A stretch of DNA of 64,000 nucleotides, from NCBI GenBank assembly GCA_039799645.1, contig JBDLSG010000004.1:8369-72368 (forward strand). The letters run 5' to 3'. Origin of the DNA: Pseudomonadota bacterium (GTDB taxonomy: Bacteria; Pseudomonadota; Gammaproteobacteria; Steroidobacterales; Steroidobacteraceae). The translations under genes were made by a program, and so were the position numbers. The notes beneath the pieces are model-generated. The model had not been told where the DNA came from. It was given only the letters and a program-made list of their open reading frames with translations, and did no database searches. The stretch's first letter is position 1. Each line of letters opens with the position of its first letter. Positions 45,561 through 54,014 of the stretch are shown here, in pieces.

Positions 45561-46769
45561 TTAGTTGGCGCGCAGCGTCCAAAGTTTGGCAACACGCTCG
45601 AGATCCGCGTCGCCCTTGACGGCCTTGAAGGCCTTGCCAGCTTCTCCCTTGTTGCCAGCCCGCAGCTGCGCAATGCCAAGTAGGAGCTGAGCTTCGGCCG
45701 CGCTTGTCACGTTGCCCTTGCCAAGACCGCGTTGAATCGCCTTCACGGCGCTCGCCGCATCACCTAGGCTCAAATGGACCTGACCGACGGCGAGATCGGC
45801 ATCGCCACTCTTGCCCGCAGCGGCATCCCGCTCCTGCTTGGCAACGCCGGCCTTCGATGCTACGGCGCGCTCCTTGGCGGAATTCAGCAACCGCGTGTTG
45901 CGGTCGATGTCGCGCTTCTCCGTGAAGACCTTCTTGGCGAATCCGGTTTCGAGCGTCTTCTGCGCTTCCGCCGGAATGTTCAACTCGATCGCCCGTTGCG
46001 CCATCTCGGTGTAGTCCGACGAACCGCCCATGGCGCCCACGTCCATCGCCAACCGATAGGCGTTATACGCCGCTGCGTCGTTACGGCTCGCGAACAGCGA
46101 TTGCATCAAATTCGCCCAACCAGCCGGATTCGGGTAGTACGTGACGAGCTTCTCAAAGCCCTTCGCGGTGCACTCCTCGTCCTTGAGCTTCATGCACGCG
46201 GTGACGTACATCTGGATGGCATTCTCACGCGGACGCTGTCCACGGCGCTCCTGATCGGCGATCCACTTGCCGACGAAGTCACGAGTCGACTTGCTGTCGC
46301 CCTGCTGATAATAGGTTTGCGCCACGAGCAAGTAGGTGTCGGCATCAGCCGAACCGTCCTTGATCATCTTCTGGCCGTACTCGATGACTTTTGGGTAGCT
46401 CTTCATGCTGTAGTAGAGCTGCAAGATCGCTTTGGTTCGCGCCGGCACCGCTTTCGCGTCGACGAACGACGAGGCAAGGTTTGTCTCATACGCCTTGACG
46501 GCCGACGCAAAATCATTCGAGCGCGTTGCGCAAAAGCCAACCAGCTCGTTGGCGATGAAATCATCGTAGGCGTTCTTTCCAGCCACGCCCTGCGCTTCGC
46601 GGGCCTTGGCGATGCACTCCGACCAACGATTTGCCTTGCTTGCGGCTTGCGCAGCCGCCAAGGTCTTGGCCGCTGCAGCGCTATTCTTGGCAGCCTGCGC
46701 ATCAGCGACGGGCGCGAAACCCAAGGCAGCGATCAGCAAGGCGGGGATCAGAGCGACAGACTTGTTCAT
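45561..46769 (-). CDS. Secreted tetratricopeptide-repeat protein (copy 1)
   Basis: Start ATG 46769 lies 5 nt after AGGAAA (MNKSVALIPALLIAALGFAPVADAQA signal peptide). The track start at 46802 lies inside the exbD2 terminator hairpin. Confidence 0.8.
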   Translation of the reverse strand: MNKSVALIPALLIAALGFAPVADAQAAKNSAAAAKTLAAAQAASKANRWSECIAKAREAQGVAGKNAYDDFIANELVGFCATRSNDFASAVKAYETNLASSFVDAKAVPARTKAILQLYYSMKSYPKVIEYGQKMIKDGSADADTYLLVAQTYYQQGDSKSTRDFVGKWIADQERRGQRPRENAIQMYVTACMKLKDEECTAKGFEKLVTYYPNPAGWANLMQSLFASRNDAAAYNAYRLAMDVGAMGGSSDYTEMAQRAIELNIPAEAQKTLETGFAKKVFTEKRDIDRNTRLLNSAKERAVASKAGVAKQERDAAAGKSGDADLAVGQVHLSLGDAASAVKAIQRGLGKGNVTSAAEAQLLLGIAQLRAGNKGEAGKAFKAVKGDADLERVAKLWTLRAN

Positions 46770-46781
46770 GACTTTCCTCAT

Positions 46782-46817
46782 AAAAAAAATCGCCGCACCC
46801 AATTAGGGATGCGGCGA
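46782..46817 (-). terminator. Rho-independent terminator after exbD2
   Basis: Minus strand reads TCGCCGCA-tccctaattggg-TGCGGCGA followed by TTTTTTTT. Confidence 0.8.
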
Positions 46818-46855
46818 GGATATTTCTAAACCTGCTGCAATCGAGGCGGCGTCCC

Positions 46856-47278
46856 TTATTCCTGGAACTCCGCCACGTTGACGAAGCCGATCTTCTTCAT
46901 GCGATTGCGCTGCGCCGAAGCGAGCACCTTGGCAACGACATCGTACTTCGCGCGCTTGTCCGGTCGCATGTGCAACTCGGGCTGCGGATCCTTCTGCGAC
47001 TCCTGACGGAAGTACGTTTCGAGCTTATCGAGGTTGTCGACAACCGTACCGTTCCAGAGCACCGTGCCATCGAAGTCGATTTCGATATCGATGACTTCCG
47101 GCTGAACCGGCGGCGGAGGCGCATTGGTCGGACGCGGCATGTCGAGCTTCACAGCATGCGTCATCACCGGGATGGTGATGATGAACATGATCAACAACAC
47201 CAGCATGACGTCGATGAGCGGCGTCGTGTTGATGTCGCACATCGCGCCCTGATCACTACCGCCTACATTCATTCCCAT
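46856..47278 (-). CDS. exbD: Biopolymer transport protein ExbD/TolR (second copy)
   Basis: INTTPLIDVMLVLLIMFIIT TM motif, followed by a periplasmic domain. Confidence 0.9.
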   Translation of the reverse strand: MGMNVGGSDQGAMCDINTTPLIDVMLVLLIMFIITIPVMTHAVKLDMPRPTNAPPPPVQPEVIDIEIDFDGTVLWNGTVVDNLDKLETYFRQESQKDPQPELHMRPDKRAKYDVVAKVLASAQRNRMKKIGFVNVAEFQE

Positions 47279-47302
47279 GACTATGAACTCCTAAACGTTC
47301 GA

Positions 47303-47737
47303 TCAGCGCGCGCCGCGGATGCCGCGATCCGGCTCGGTAATGAAGCCAACCTTGACGATGCCACCGCGCTGCACCGAATACAGCACGCGACCGACATCTT
47401 CGTAACGCGAGTTGGAGTCACCGCGAATGTGGATCTCCGGCTGAGGATCCTTGATGGCCTCGGCCTTCACCATTTCAACCAGCTGATCGCGTCCGGCGAT
47501 CTGCTCGTTGTTCCAGTAAATGTTTCCCTGAGCATCCACCGCAATGGTGATGTTCTCAGGTTTGGTTTCGGTCGGGATGTTGGCCGCCTTGGGCAGGGAC
47601 ACCTTAACCGTCTTCGTGATCACGGGAATCGTGATGAGGAAGATGATGAGCAACACCAGCATGACGTCCACGAGCGGGGTCGTGTTGATCGTGCTGTTGA
47701 GTTCGTCTTCGCCGCCAGAACCGACACTCATCGCCAT
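47303..47737 (-). CDS. exbD: Biopolymer transport protein ExbD/TolR (first copy)
   Basis: INTTPLVDVMLVLLIIFLIT TM motif. Paralogue of the downstream gene. Confidence 0.9.
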   Translation of the reverse strand: MAMSVGSGGEDELNSTINTTPLVDVMLVLLIIFLITIPVITKTVKVSLPKAANIPTETKPENITIAVDAQGNIYWNNEQIAGRDQLVEMVKAEAIKDPQPEIHIRGDSNSRYEDVGRVLYSVQRGGIVKVGFITEPDRGIRGAR

Positions 47738-47822
47738 GGACTGTATTCCTCGTCTGTCTCAGGAGCCTGGGGTGCACCACACGATGCACCCCAGGCCTTC
47801 ACCCGAGAATGATTATCGTCAA

Positions 47823-48554
47823 TTACTTCTTGGCAGCTGCGGCAGCCGGAGCAGCCGAGGGCGGCAGCGGCGTGCGAGCGCCGCCAACCAGGAACGCATG
47901 GAGGTCGCTCGTGAAGCTCGCGAGCTCTTCCTGAATTTCCTTGTTGCGACGGATCAGCCAGTTGTAACCCATCACCGCCGGCACCGCGACCGCGAGACCG
48001 ATAGCAGTCATGATGAGCGCCTCACCGACCGGGCCTGCGACCTTGTCGATGCTCGCCTGACCCGAAACGCCGATCGCGACGAGAGCGTGGTAGATGCCCC
48101 ACACCGTGCCGAACAAACCGACGAACGGAGCGGTCGATCCCACAGTGGCAAGCCACGGCAGACCACCGGTTAGGTTCATGTTGATACCCTCGATCGAGCG
48201 CTGCAGCGACAGCGTCATCCACTCGTGGAGATCAACACGCTCGTTGAAACGACCTTCGTGGTGCTGGCGAGCACGCACGCCATCCTCGGCGATCGAGCGG
48301 AAGGTGTCGCCCTTCGGCAGACGATCGACAGCTTCGTTGACCGAACCTGCCGTCCAAAACTTCTGCTCGGCCAGCTTGGCCGACGCCAAGAGCTTACGCT
48401 GGTCGATGAACTTCATGAGGATGACGTACCAAGACGTCAGCGACATGATGACCATGATGATGAGAGTGCCCTTGGCGACGAAATCTCCCTGTTCCCAGAG
48501 AGCTCCGAGGCCGTACGGGTTCTCGACTACTGCGGTGGCTACTTCGTTTTCCAT
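47823..48554 (-). CDS. exbB: MotA/TolQ/ExbB proton-channel protein
   Basis: 243 aa, three TM segments. LATVGSTAPFVGLFGTVWGI and GPVGEALIMTAIGLAVA motifs. Confidence 0.9.
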   Translation of the reverse strand: MENEVATAVVENPYGLGALWEQGDFVAKGTLIIMVIMSLTSWYVILMKFIDQRKLLASAKLAEQKFWTAGSVNEAVDRLPKGDTFRSIAEDGVRARQHHEGRFNERVDLHEWMTLSLQRSIEGINMNLTGGLPWLATVGSTAPFVGLFGTVWGIYHALVAIGVSGQASIDKVAGPVGEALIMTAIGLAVAVPAVMGYNWLIRRNKEIQEELASFTSDLHAFLVGGARTPLPPSAAPAAAAAKK

Positions 48555-48577
48555 GATTTCCTCAGCGGGTGAACTCT

Positions 48578-49198
48578 TTACTTGATCTCAAACTTGACAC
48601 GGAAGGACACGCAAGACTGCTCTTGCGGCTGACCGTTGGCGGTGCCCGGTTGATAACGACCAGCACGTGCCAACTTGACTGCACCTTCATCGAGACGCGG
48701 GAAGCCGGACGACTGGGCGATTTGCGGATCACCCGTCAACTTGCCCTTGGCGTCGACGCAAACACGCACCGTCGCCGAGCCCTGCTCCTCAGCGCGCTTG
48801 GAGGCGGCCGGGTAATAGTCTTCACTCGACGGCATACGACCGATCTTCGCGGGCGCCATCACGACACGCGGCGCAGGCGGCGCGACGACAGCCGGCGCGG
48901 GCTTGTCGGTGACGTTGCTGATCGCAGTGGTTTGCGTCTCCATCGGAATGTCGATGACGACATCCGGCGGCGGCACCTGAACCGGCGGGCGCTCCATCTG
49001 CGGAGGCGGCGGCGGTGGCGGCTTATCCTCCGGCTTGATCTCTTCGATGATGTCGGTGACGAGAGGCGGCGCAACCACCTCCACGACCTTGCGTGCGAGG
49101 CCACTGACGAGCCCGTACACCAACAGCAAATGGAATCCGATGATGGCCCCGAATACGGCCATACGGCGTGAGTTGTTCTGTTCTACGTAGCGGGCCAT
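48578..49198 (-). CDS. tonB: Energy transducer TonB
   Basis: N-terminal TM anchor (AVFGAIIGFHLLLVYGL), Pro-rich spacer (KPPPPPPPQMERPPVQVPPPD), C-terminal TonB domain (YPAASKRAEEQGSATVRVCVDAKGKL). Confidence 0.9.
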   Translation of the reverse strand: MARYVEQNNSRRMAVFGAIIGFHLLLVYGLVSGLARKVVEVVAPPLVTDIIEEIKPEDKPPPPPPPQMERPPVQVPPPDVVIDIPMETQTTAISNVTDKPAPAVVAPPAPRVVMAPAKIGRMPSSEDYYPAASKRAEEQGSATVRVCVDAKGKLTGDPQIAQSSGFPRLDEGAVKLARAGRYQPGTANGQPQEQSCVSFRVKFEIK

Positions 49199-49222
49199 GT
49201 TCTCTCGTGGTCGCTATTCAAT

Positions 49223-49275
49223 GGTTGCGAAACTGCGGGTCGCAAAACTAACCGTCTTCTCGACCCCGCGCAACC
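49223..49275 (-). other. Two-segment stem-loop in the tonB 5' leader
   Basis: GGTTGC(49223-28) pairs with GCAACC(49270-75), and GCGGGTCG(49235-42) pairs with CGACCC(c)GC(49261-69), around an 18-nt loop. Lies 25-77 nt upstream of the tonB ATG. No U-tract. Confidence 0.4.
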
Positions 49276-49560
49276 GTCGACTCCCGTCCGGCACCCACCT
49301 CTCGGGCACGCACCAACCGGGAGAACCCACACTCCGTGCACATCGGAAAACAGCCTCTTCACTAGACGCCGTTTTCTTCAGTGGGCGGAATGGGCTGGGG
49401 GTGTCTCGGAACTTCCCTGCTCCCGGTATAACCCGCCGTGAAGCAGGCATAACCAGCACCAGTGCAATCCCTTGCATACCCCCTAACCGAGGCCAACTGT
49501 AACCGCGGTAGTCGCGACTGACAACCCACTTTCACCGAAACTTCATTTCGTGTTGTGCAA

Positions 49561-51267
49561 TCAATCGGTGACAGCCCCCTCGGATGCGCTGCTAACCGAA
49601 CGCGCGTATTTCGCGAGTACTCCCGTCGTGGTGTACGGCTTCGGTGCTTTCCATGCGTTCGCACGCGCCTTCATCTCGCGCGCACTGACATCCAGATCGA
49701 TGCGGCGCTTCAAGGCATCGATGCGAATTCGATCGCCGTTGCGAATGAGTGCAATCGGCCCGCCGTTAGCTGCTTCCGGAGAAATATGTCCGACGACAAA
49801 ACCGTGGCTACCACCGGAGAAACGACCATCTGTGATTAAAGCCACTTTATCGCCAAGCCCCAAGCCCATGATCGCGCCTGTCGGACTCAGCATCTCGCGC
49901 ATACCGGGGCCGCCGCGAGGACCCTCGTAACGAATGACAACGACATCACCGGCTTTGACCTTGCCTGCGAGAATCGCAGCGGTGGCTTTTTCTTCGCCGT
50001 CAAAAACACGAGCGCGCCCTTCGAACGCAAGACCTTCCTTACCCGAAATCTTGGCAACGGCACCCTCCGGCGCTACGCCGCCGTACATGACGACAAGATG
50101 ACTGTCGGCCTTGATCGGCGCAGAGAACGGCTGGATGATTTTTTGATCCTGCGGATAATCACGAACGTGCCGCAGGTTTTCCGCCATCGTCTTGCCTGTC
50201 ACCGTCAGACAATCGCCATGTAACAAGCCGCGATCGAGCAATCGCTTCATCAATGGCTGGATGCCACCGATTGCGATTAATTCCGACATTGCATATTTCC
50301 CGCTCGGTCGCAGATCGGCGAGCACCGGAACACGCTTGCCGATTCGCGTGAAGTCATCGAGTGTCAACTTCACTTGCGCTGCTCGCGCGATGGCAAGCAT
50401 ATGCAGCACCGCATTGGTTGAGCCACCGAGCGCGATCGTGACGGTGATGGCGTTCTCGAATGCCTTGCGGGTCATGATTTGTCTGGGCGTGATGCCGGCG
50501 TTGACGAGCGCGACCACCGCCTCACCTGCCCTGCGGCAATCAACGAGCTTGTTCGGGCTGATCGCATCTTGTGCCGAGCTGTCGGGTAAGGACATGCCGA
50601 GAGCTTCCATGGCCGATGCCATCGTGTTGGCGGTGTACATGCCACCGCAACTGCCAGGACCTGGAATCGCGGTGCGCTCGACTTCGAGCAGCTCGCGGTC
50701 ACTGACCTTGCCGGCCGCATGCCCGCCGACCGCTTCGAATACCGACACGATGTCACGACGCTTGGCACCCGGGCGGATCGTACCGCCGTAAACGAAGACG
50801 GCTGGACGATCGAGGCGCGCGAGCGCGATCGCGCACCCCGGCATGTTCTTGTCGCAGCCACCAATCGCGACGATACCGTCAAAGCCCTCGGCACCCGCTA
50901 CGGTTTCGATGGAGTCGGCGATCACTTCGCGAGAAACCAACGAGTAGCGCATACCCGGCGAGCCCATCGAAATGCCATCGGACACCGTGATGGTGTTGAA
51001 CAGCACACCCTTGCCGCCCGCGACGTTGGCGCCCGCCTCGGCCTCTTTGGCCAGATCGTTGATGTGCATGTTGCAGGGCGTGAGATTCGCCCAGGTCGAG
51101 GCGATACCAATCTGCGGCTTCTTGAAGTCTGCGTCCTTGAAACCGACGGCGCGCAACATCGCACGGGACGGCGTTTGCTTTGGGCCATCCACGACCAGAC
51201 GCGACCAACGACGCGGATCGTTCTTGGCTTGGGAAGCGCGGGGATTCGAGGAACGCTTGCGGTTCAT
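49561..51267 (-). CDS. ilvD: Dihydroxy-acid dehydratase (IlvD/Edd family, short about 570-aa form)
   Basis: PQIGIASTWANLTPCNMH, GCDKNMPG, ITDGRFSGGSHGFVVGHISPEA. A sugar-acid dehydratase cannot be fully excluded. Confidence 0.8.
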   Translation of the reverse strand: MNRKRSSNPRASQAKNDPRRWSRLVVDGPKQTPSRAMLRAVGFKDADFKKPQIGIASTWANLTPCNMHINDLAKEAEAGANVAGGKGVLFNTITVSDGISMGSPGMRYSLVSREVIADSIETVAGAEGFDGIVAIGGCDKNMPGCAIALARLDRPAVFVYGGTIRPGAKRRDIVSVFEAVGGHAAGKVSDRELLEVERTAIPGPGSCGGMYTANTMASAMEALGMSLPDSSAQDAISPNKLVDCRRAGEAVVALVNAGITPRQIMTRKAFENAITVTIALGGSTNAVLHMLAIARAAQVKLTLDDFTRIGKRVPVLADLRPSGKYAMSELIAIGGIQPLMKRLLDRGLLHGDCLTVTGKTMAENLRHVRDYPQDQKIIQPFSAPIKADSHLVVMYGGVAPEGAVAKISGKEGLAFEGRARVFDGEEKATAAILAGKVKAGDVVVIRYEGPRGGPGMREMLSPTGAIMGLGLGDKVALITDGRFSGGSHGFVVGHISPEAANGGPIALIRNGDRIRIDALKRRIDLDVSAREMKARANAWKAPKPYTTTGVLAKYARSVSSASEGAVTD

Positions 51268-51333
51268 GAGAGCCTCAAAGATAAGATGTGGGGGTTAATT
51301 GGCTTACGGTTAGCGAGACGAATACATCTAGGA

Positions 51334-52716
51334 TCAGCCGAATCGCTCGGCGAGGTAACGATCCATTAGACGTAGCACCTGCGCGTCAGCACCGACCGGT
51401 CGGCCGGGTCGCTCGCGCGCATTCCAACCGTACAAATCGAAATGCACCCAAGGAGTGCTCGGCTCGATGAACCGACGCAAGAACAACGCGCCGAAGATCG
51501 CTCCCGAGAAACTGGAGCTCGACACGTTATTGATATCGGCGATGCGGCTCGTGAGCTCCTCGTCGTAGGAATCCCATAGTGGTAACGGCCAAACGGGATC
51601 GGCCTCTTGATCGCCGAGCGTCTGCAGGATTTGCGACAAAGCAGCATCATTACTGAATAGCGCCGGCAACTCCGGCCCCAAAGCAACGCGCGCCGCACCG
51701 GTCAGAGTGGCGAAATCGACCAACAAGTCGGGCCGATCGCTTTGTGCCTCGGTCAGCGCATCGGCGAGCACGAGCCTCCCCTCAGCGTCCGTATTGCCGA
51801 TCTCAACCGTGAGTCCGCGGCGCGAGCGCAGGATATCGCCCGGACGAAAAGCGCGACCACCCACCGAGTTTTCAACCGCCGGAATCAGCACCCGAAGTCG
51901 TACGGGCGCGGCGCGCTCGATCAACGCCTTGGCAAGCCCGATCGCTACCGCAGCACCGCCCATGTCTTTCTTCATTAACAACATGGCGGCTGCGGGCTTT
52001 AGGTCGAGTCCGCCGGAGTCGAAGCAGACCCCCTTGCCAACCAAGGTGACCCGCGGATGACGCTCATTACCCCAGCGCAATTCGAGCATGCGCGGTGCAC
52101 GGTCACTGGCCCGACCGACCGCATGGACGAGCGGATAGTTAGCCCCGAGCAGATCGTCGCCGACAATGCTGCGAAACTCGGCACCGTGCCGCGCGGCCAG
52201 ATCGCGCATGACCGTTTCGAGTTCCGCCGGCCCGAGATCGTTGGCCGGGGTGTTGATGAGGTCGCGCGTCAGGTTGCAGGCCGCGGCGCGGCGTTCGGCT
52301 TGTTTGCTCGGATCGCCGACCGGGCTTTCCAGTTGGGCGCGAGAGCTGGTCGGCGTCGCGCGATAGCGTAGATAACGATAGTCGCCTAGCCGCCAACCGA
52401 GTTCACACTGGTAGCTCACGCGATCGGGAAGCACATCGGCGAAGTGGTAACGCCCTGCCGGTAGTTTGTCGGGCAGACCTGCGACGTGCCACCAACGCAG
52501 CTGATCAATCGACTCCAGTGCACCAAGGCCGAGCACGACCGCGGCAATCGGCTCACCGGCTTCGCTCGGCAAGAGCAGCACGCGATGACGCTCCGCATTG
52601 AAGCTCTGCGCGGACAACACAGCGCGCGCGGCAGCGCTCTGCGTCGCTGCAAATTGGGCGAGCGAGGACTCGGTGACGAGCCAAATCGGGCGGGAATTAG
52701 CGTTAGAGATGACCAT
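51334..52716 (-). CDS. M17-family leucyl aminopeptidase
   Basis: VGKGVCFDSGGLDLKP, MKKDMGGAA, NTDAEGRLVLADAL, ATLTGA motifs. Confidence 0.85.
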   Translation of the reverse strand: MVISNANSRPIWLVTESSLAQFAATQSAAARAVLSAQSFNAERHRVLLLPSEAGEPIAAVVLGLGALESIDQLRWWHVAGLPDKLPAGRYHFADVLPDRVSYQCELGWRLGDYRYLRYRATPTSSRAQLESPVGDPSKQAERRAAACNLTRDLINTPANDLGPAELETVMRDLAARHGAEFRSIVGDDLLGANYPLVHAVGRASDRAPRMLELRWGNERHPRVTLVGKGVCFDSGGLDLKPAAAMLLMKKDMGGAAVAIGLAKALIERAAPVRLRVLIPAVENSVGGRAFRPGDILRSRRGLTVEIGNTDAEGRLVLADALTEAQSDRPDLLVDFATLTGAARVALGPELPALFSNDAALSQILQTLGDQEADPVWPLPLWDSYDEELTSRIADINNVSSSSFSGAIFGALFLRRFIEPSTPWVHFDLYGWNARERPGRPVGADAQVLRLMDRYLAERFG

Positions 52717-52864
52717 GGGCAGGATGTTATCCCGATTGACACCCGAACCGTGGCTGTGATGACATTACGCCCATGATCCGCACTAATTTCTCGCTCCGCT
52801 TCTCGTCGGTTGCCGCTGGCAACGCGGTCGCGGCCGGGCTATTTCCGCTGCTAAGCCTAAGCAG

Positions 52865-52972
52865 CCGGTGCGGGTTGTCTGTCGGGGTCTGAAGCCCAAG
52901 GGCCAGATCCAGCGACCGAGGAGGATCAGACAAACCCCGCACCGGCCGATCGCCGATGCGGGGTTTTTTATT
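52865..52972 (+). promoter_or_regulatory. Candidate transcription attenuator (antiterminator/terminator) ahead of ilvC-leuABCD
   Basis: CCGGTGCGGG (52865-74) is the exact reverse complement of CCCGCACCGG (52936-45), the 5' arm of the terminator. The two pairings are mutually exclusive. Confidence 0.55.
52935..52972 (+). terminator. Rho-independent terminator hairpin 38 nt upstream of the ilvC start
   Basis: CCCCGCA-ccggccgatcgccga-TGCGGGG followed by TTTTTTATTGTT. Plus-strand oriented, and no upstream plus-strand gene needs terminating here. Confidence 0.75.
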
Positions 52973-53009
52973 GTTCGTTCACGATTCAAGTGCAACCGGG
53001 AGTGATGTG

Positions 53010-53999
53010 ATGAAGTTGTTTTCGCAGAAGGACGTCGATAAGAAAGCGCTGAAAGGCGCGCGCATTTGTGTGCTCGGCTACGGCAGTCAGGGTCGTGCGC
53101 ATGCGCTCAACTTGAAGGACAGCGGTTACGACGTCGTTATCGGCGTTCGCAAAGGCGACAGCTGGAAGAAGGCTAAGAAAGATCGTCTGCCCGTCGCGCT
53201 GCCCGCCGATGCCGTCAAGGGTGCGGACCTCATCGCGATGCTCGCTCCCGATCTCGCACAGAAAGATCTTTACGAGTCCGTGGTCGCCAACATCAAGAAA
53301 GGCGCGACCCTGCTCTTCGCGCACGGTTTCAACATTCACTTCAAGCAGATCAAGCCGCGCAAGGATCTCGACGTCGTCTTGATCGCGCCGAAGGGACCCG
53401 GTGATCTCGTACGTCGTCAGTACGAGCAAGGCCGAGGCGTTCCGTCTCTCATCGCCGTTTTCCAAGACGCGTCGCGCAAGGGCTTCGCCAAGGCGCTCGC
53501 CTACGCGGATGGTATTGGCGGTACTCGCGGCGGCGTGTTGAAGACGACCTTCGCCGAGGAGACCGAGACGGATCTGTTCGGCGAGCAGGCCGTGCTCTGT
53601 GGTGGCGCAACCGAGCTCGTCGTCAAGGGCTTCGAGACGCTGGTCGAGGCTGGCTATCAACCCGAAGTGGCCTACTTCGAGTGCATGCACGAGCTGAAGC
53701 TCATCGTCGATCTGCTGCATGAAGGCGGCATCTGGAAGATGCACAAATTCATCAGCGAGACGGCCAAGTACGGCGACCTCACGCGCGGTCCGCGCGTGGT
53801 CAACGCCAAGACCAAGGCCGAGATGCGCAAGATTCTCAAAGAAATCCAACAGGGTAAGTTCGCCCGTCAATGGATTCGCGAGAACGCTACGGGCCGCAAG
53901 AAGTACGACAAGATGCTGAAGAACGACCTCAACCGTCCGATCGAGAAAGTGGGCTACGCGCTGCGCGCCCGCATGCCTTGGTTGGATCAAGGTCGTTAA
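53010..53999 (+). CDS. ilvC: Ketol-acid reductoisomerase (class I)
   Basis: ATG 53010 lies 7 nt after [42 protein letters not shown]. Confidence 0.95.
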   Translation: MKLFSQKDVDKKALKGARICVLGYGSQGRAHALNLKDSGYDVVIGVRKGDSWKKAKKDRLPVALPADAVKGADLIAMLAPDLAQKDLYESVVANIKKGATLLFAHGFNIHFKQIKPRKDLDVVLIAPKGPGDLVRRQYEQGRGVPSLIAVFQDASRKGFAKALAYADGIGGTRGGVLKTTFAEETETDLFGEQAVLCGGATELVVKGFETLVEAGYQPEVAYFECMHELKLIVDLLHEGGIWKMHKFISETAKYGDLTRGPRVVNAKTKAEMRKILKEIQQGKFARQWIRENATGRKKYDKMLKNDLNRPIEKVGYALRARMPWLDQGR

Positions 54000-54014
54000 T
54001 TAGGAGAACCTGCC

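Noticed and set aside
45774-46829. 351-aa plus-strand ORF
   Set aside because: It is antisense to the TPR paralogue. It is Arg/Leu/Gly-rich with low complexity, has no motifs, and its 3' end runs through the exbD2 terminator.
49290-49500. Possible cobalamin riboswitch, RNase P or SRP RNA fragments in the tonB upstream gap (CCGCCCACTGAAG, ACCAGTGCAA, GAAGCAGGCATAACC)
   Set aside because: There are only short partial resemblances. The invariant cores are absent on both strands: the B12 box AGxCAGGAGACCTGCC, the RNase P GAGGAAAGTCCGGGC, and the SRP GGAA tetraloop with GGAAGCAGCC.
52986-53990. 334-aa minus-strand ORF. Similar long antisense ORFs occur at 54126-55028, 57574-58500, 5556-6419, 7470-8045 and 47544-48173.
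   Set aside because: Each mirrors a gene with unambiguous identity (ilvC, leuA, leuB, cupin, alaA, exbB/exbD). They are high-GC antisense open frames with no independent evidence.
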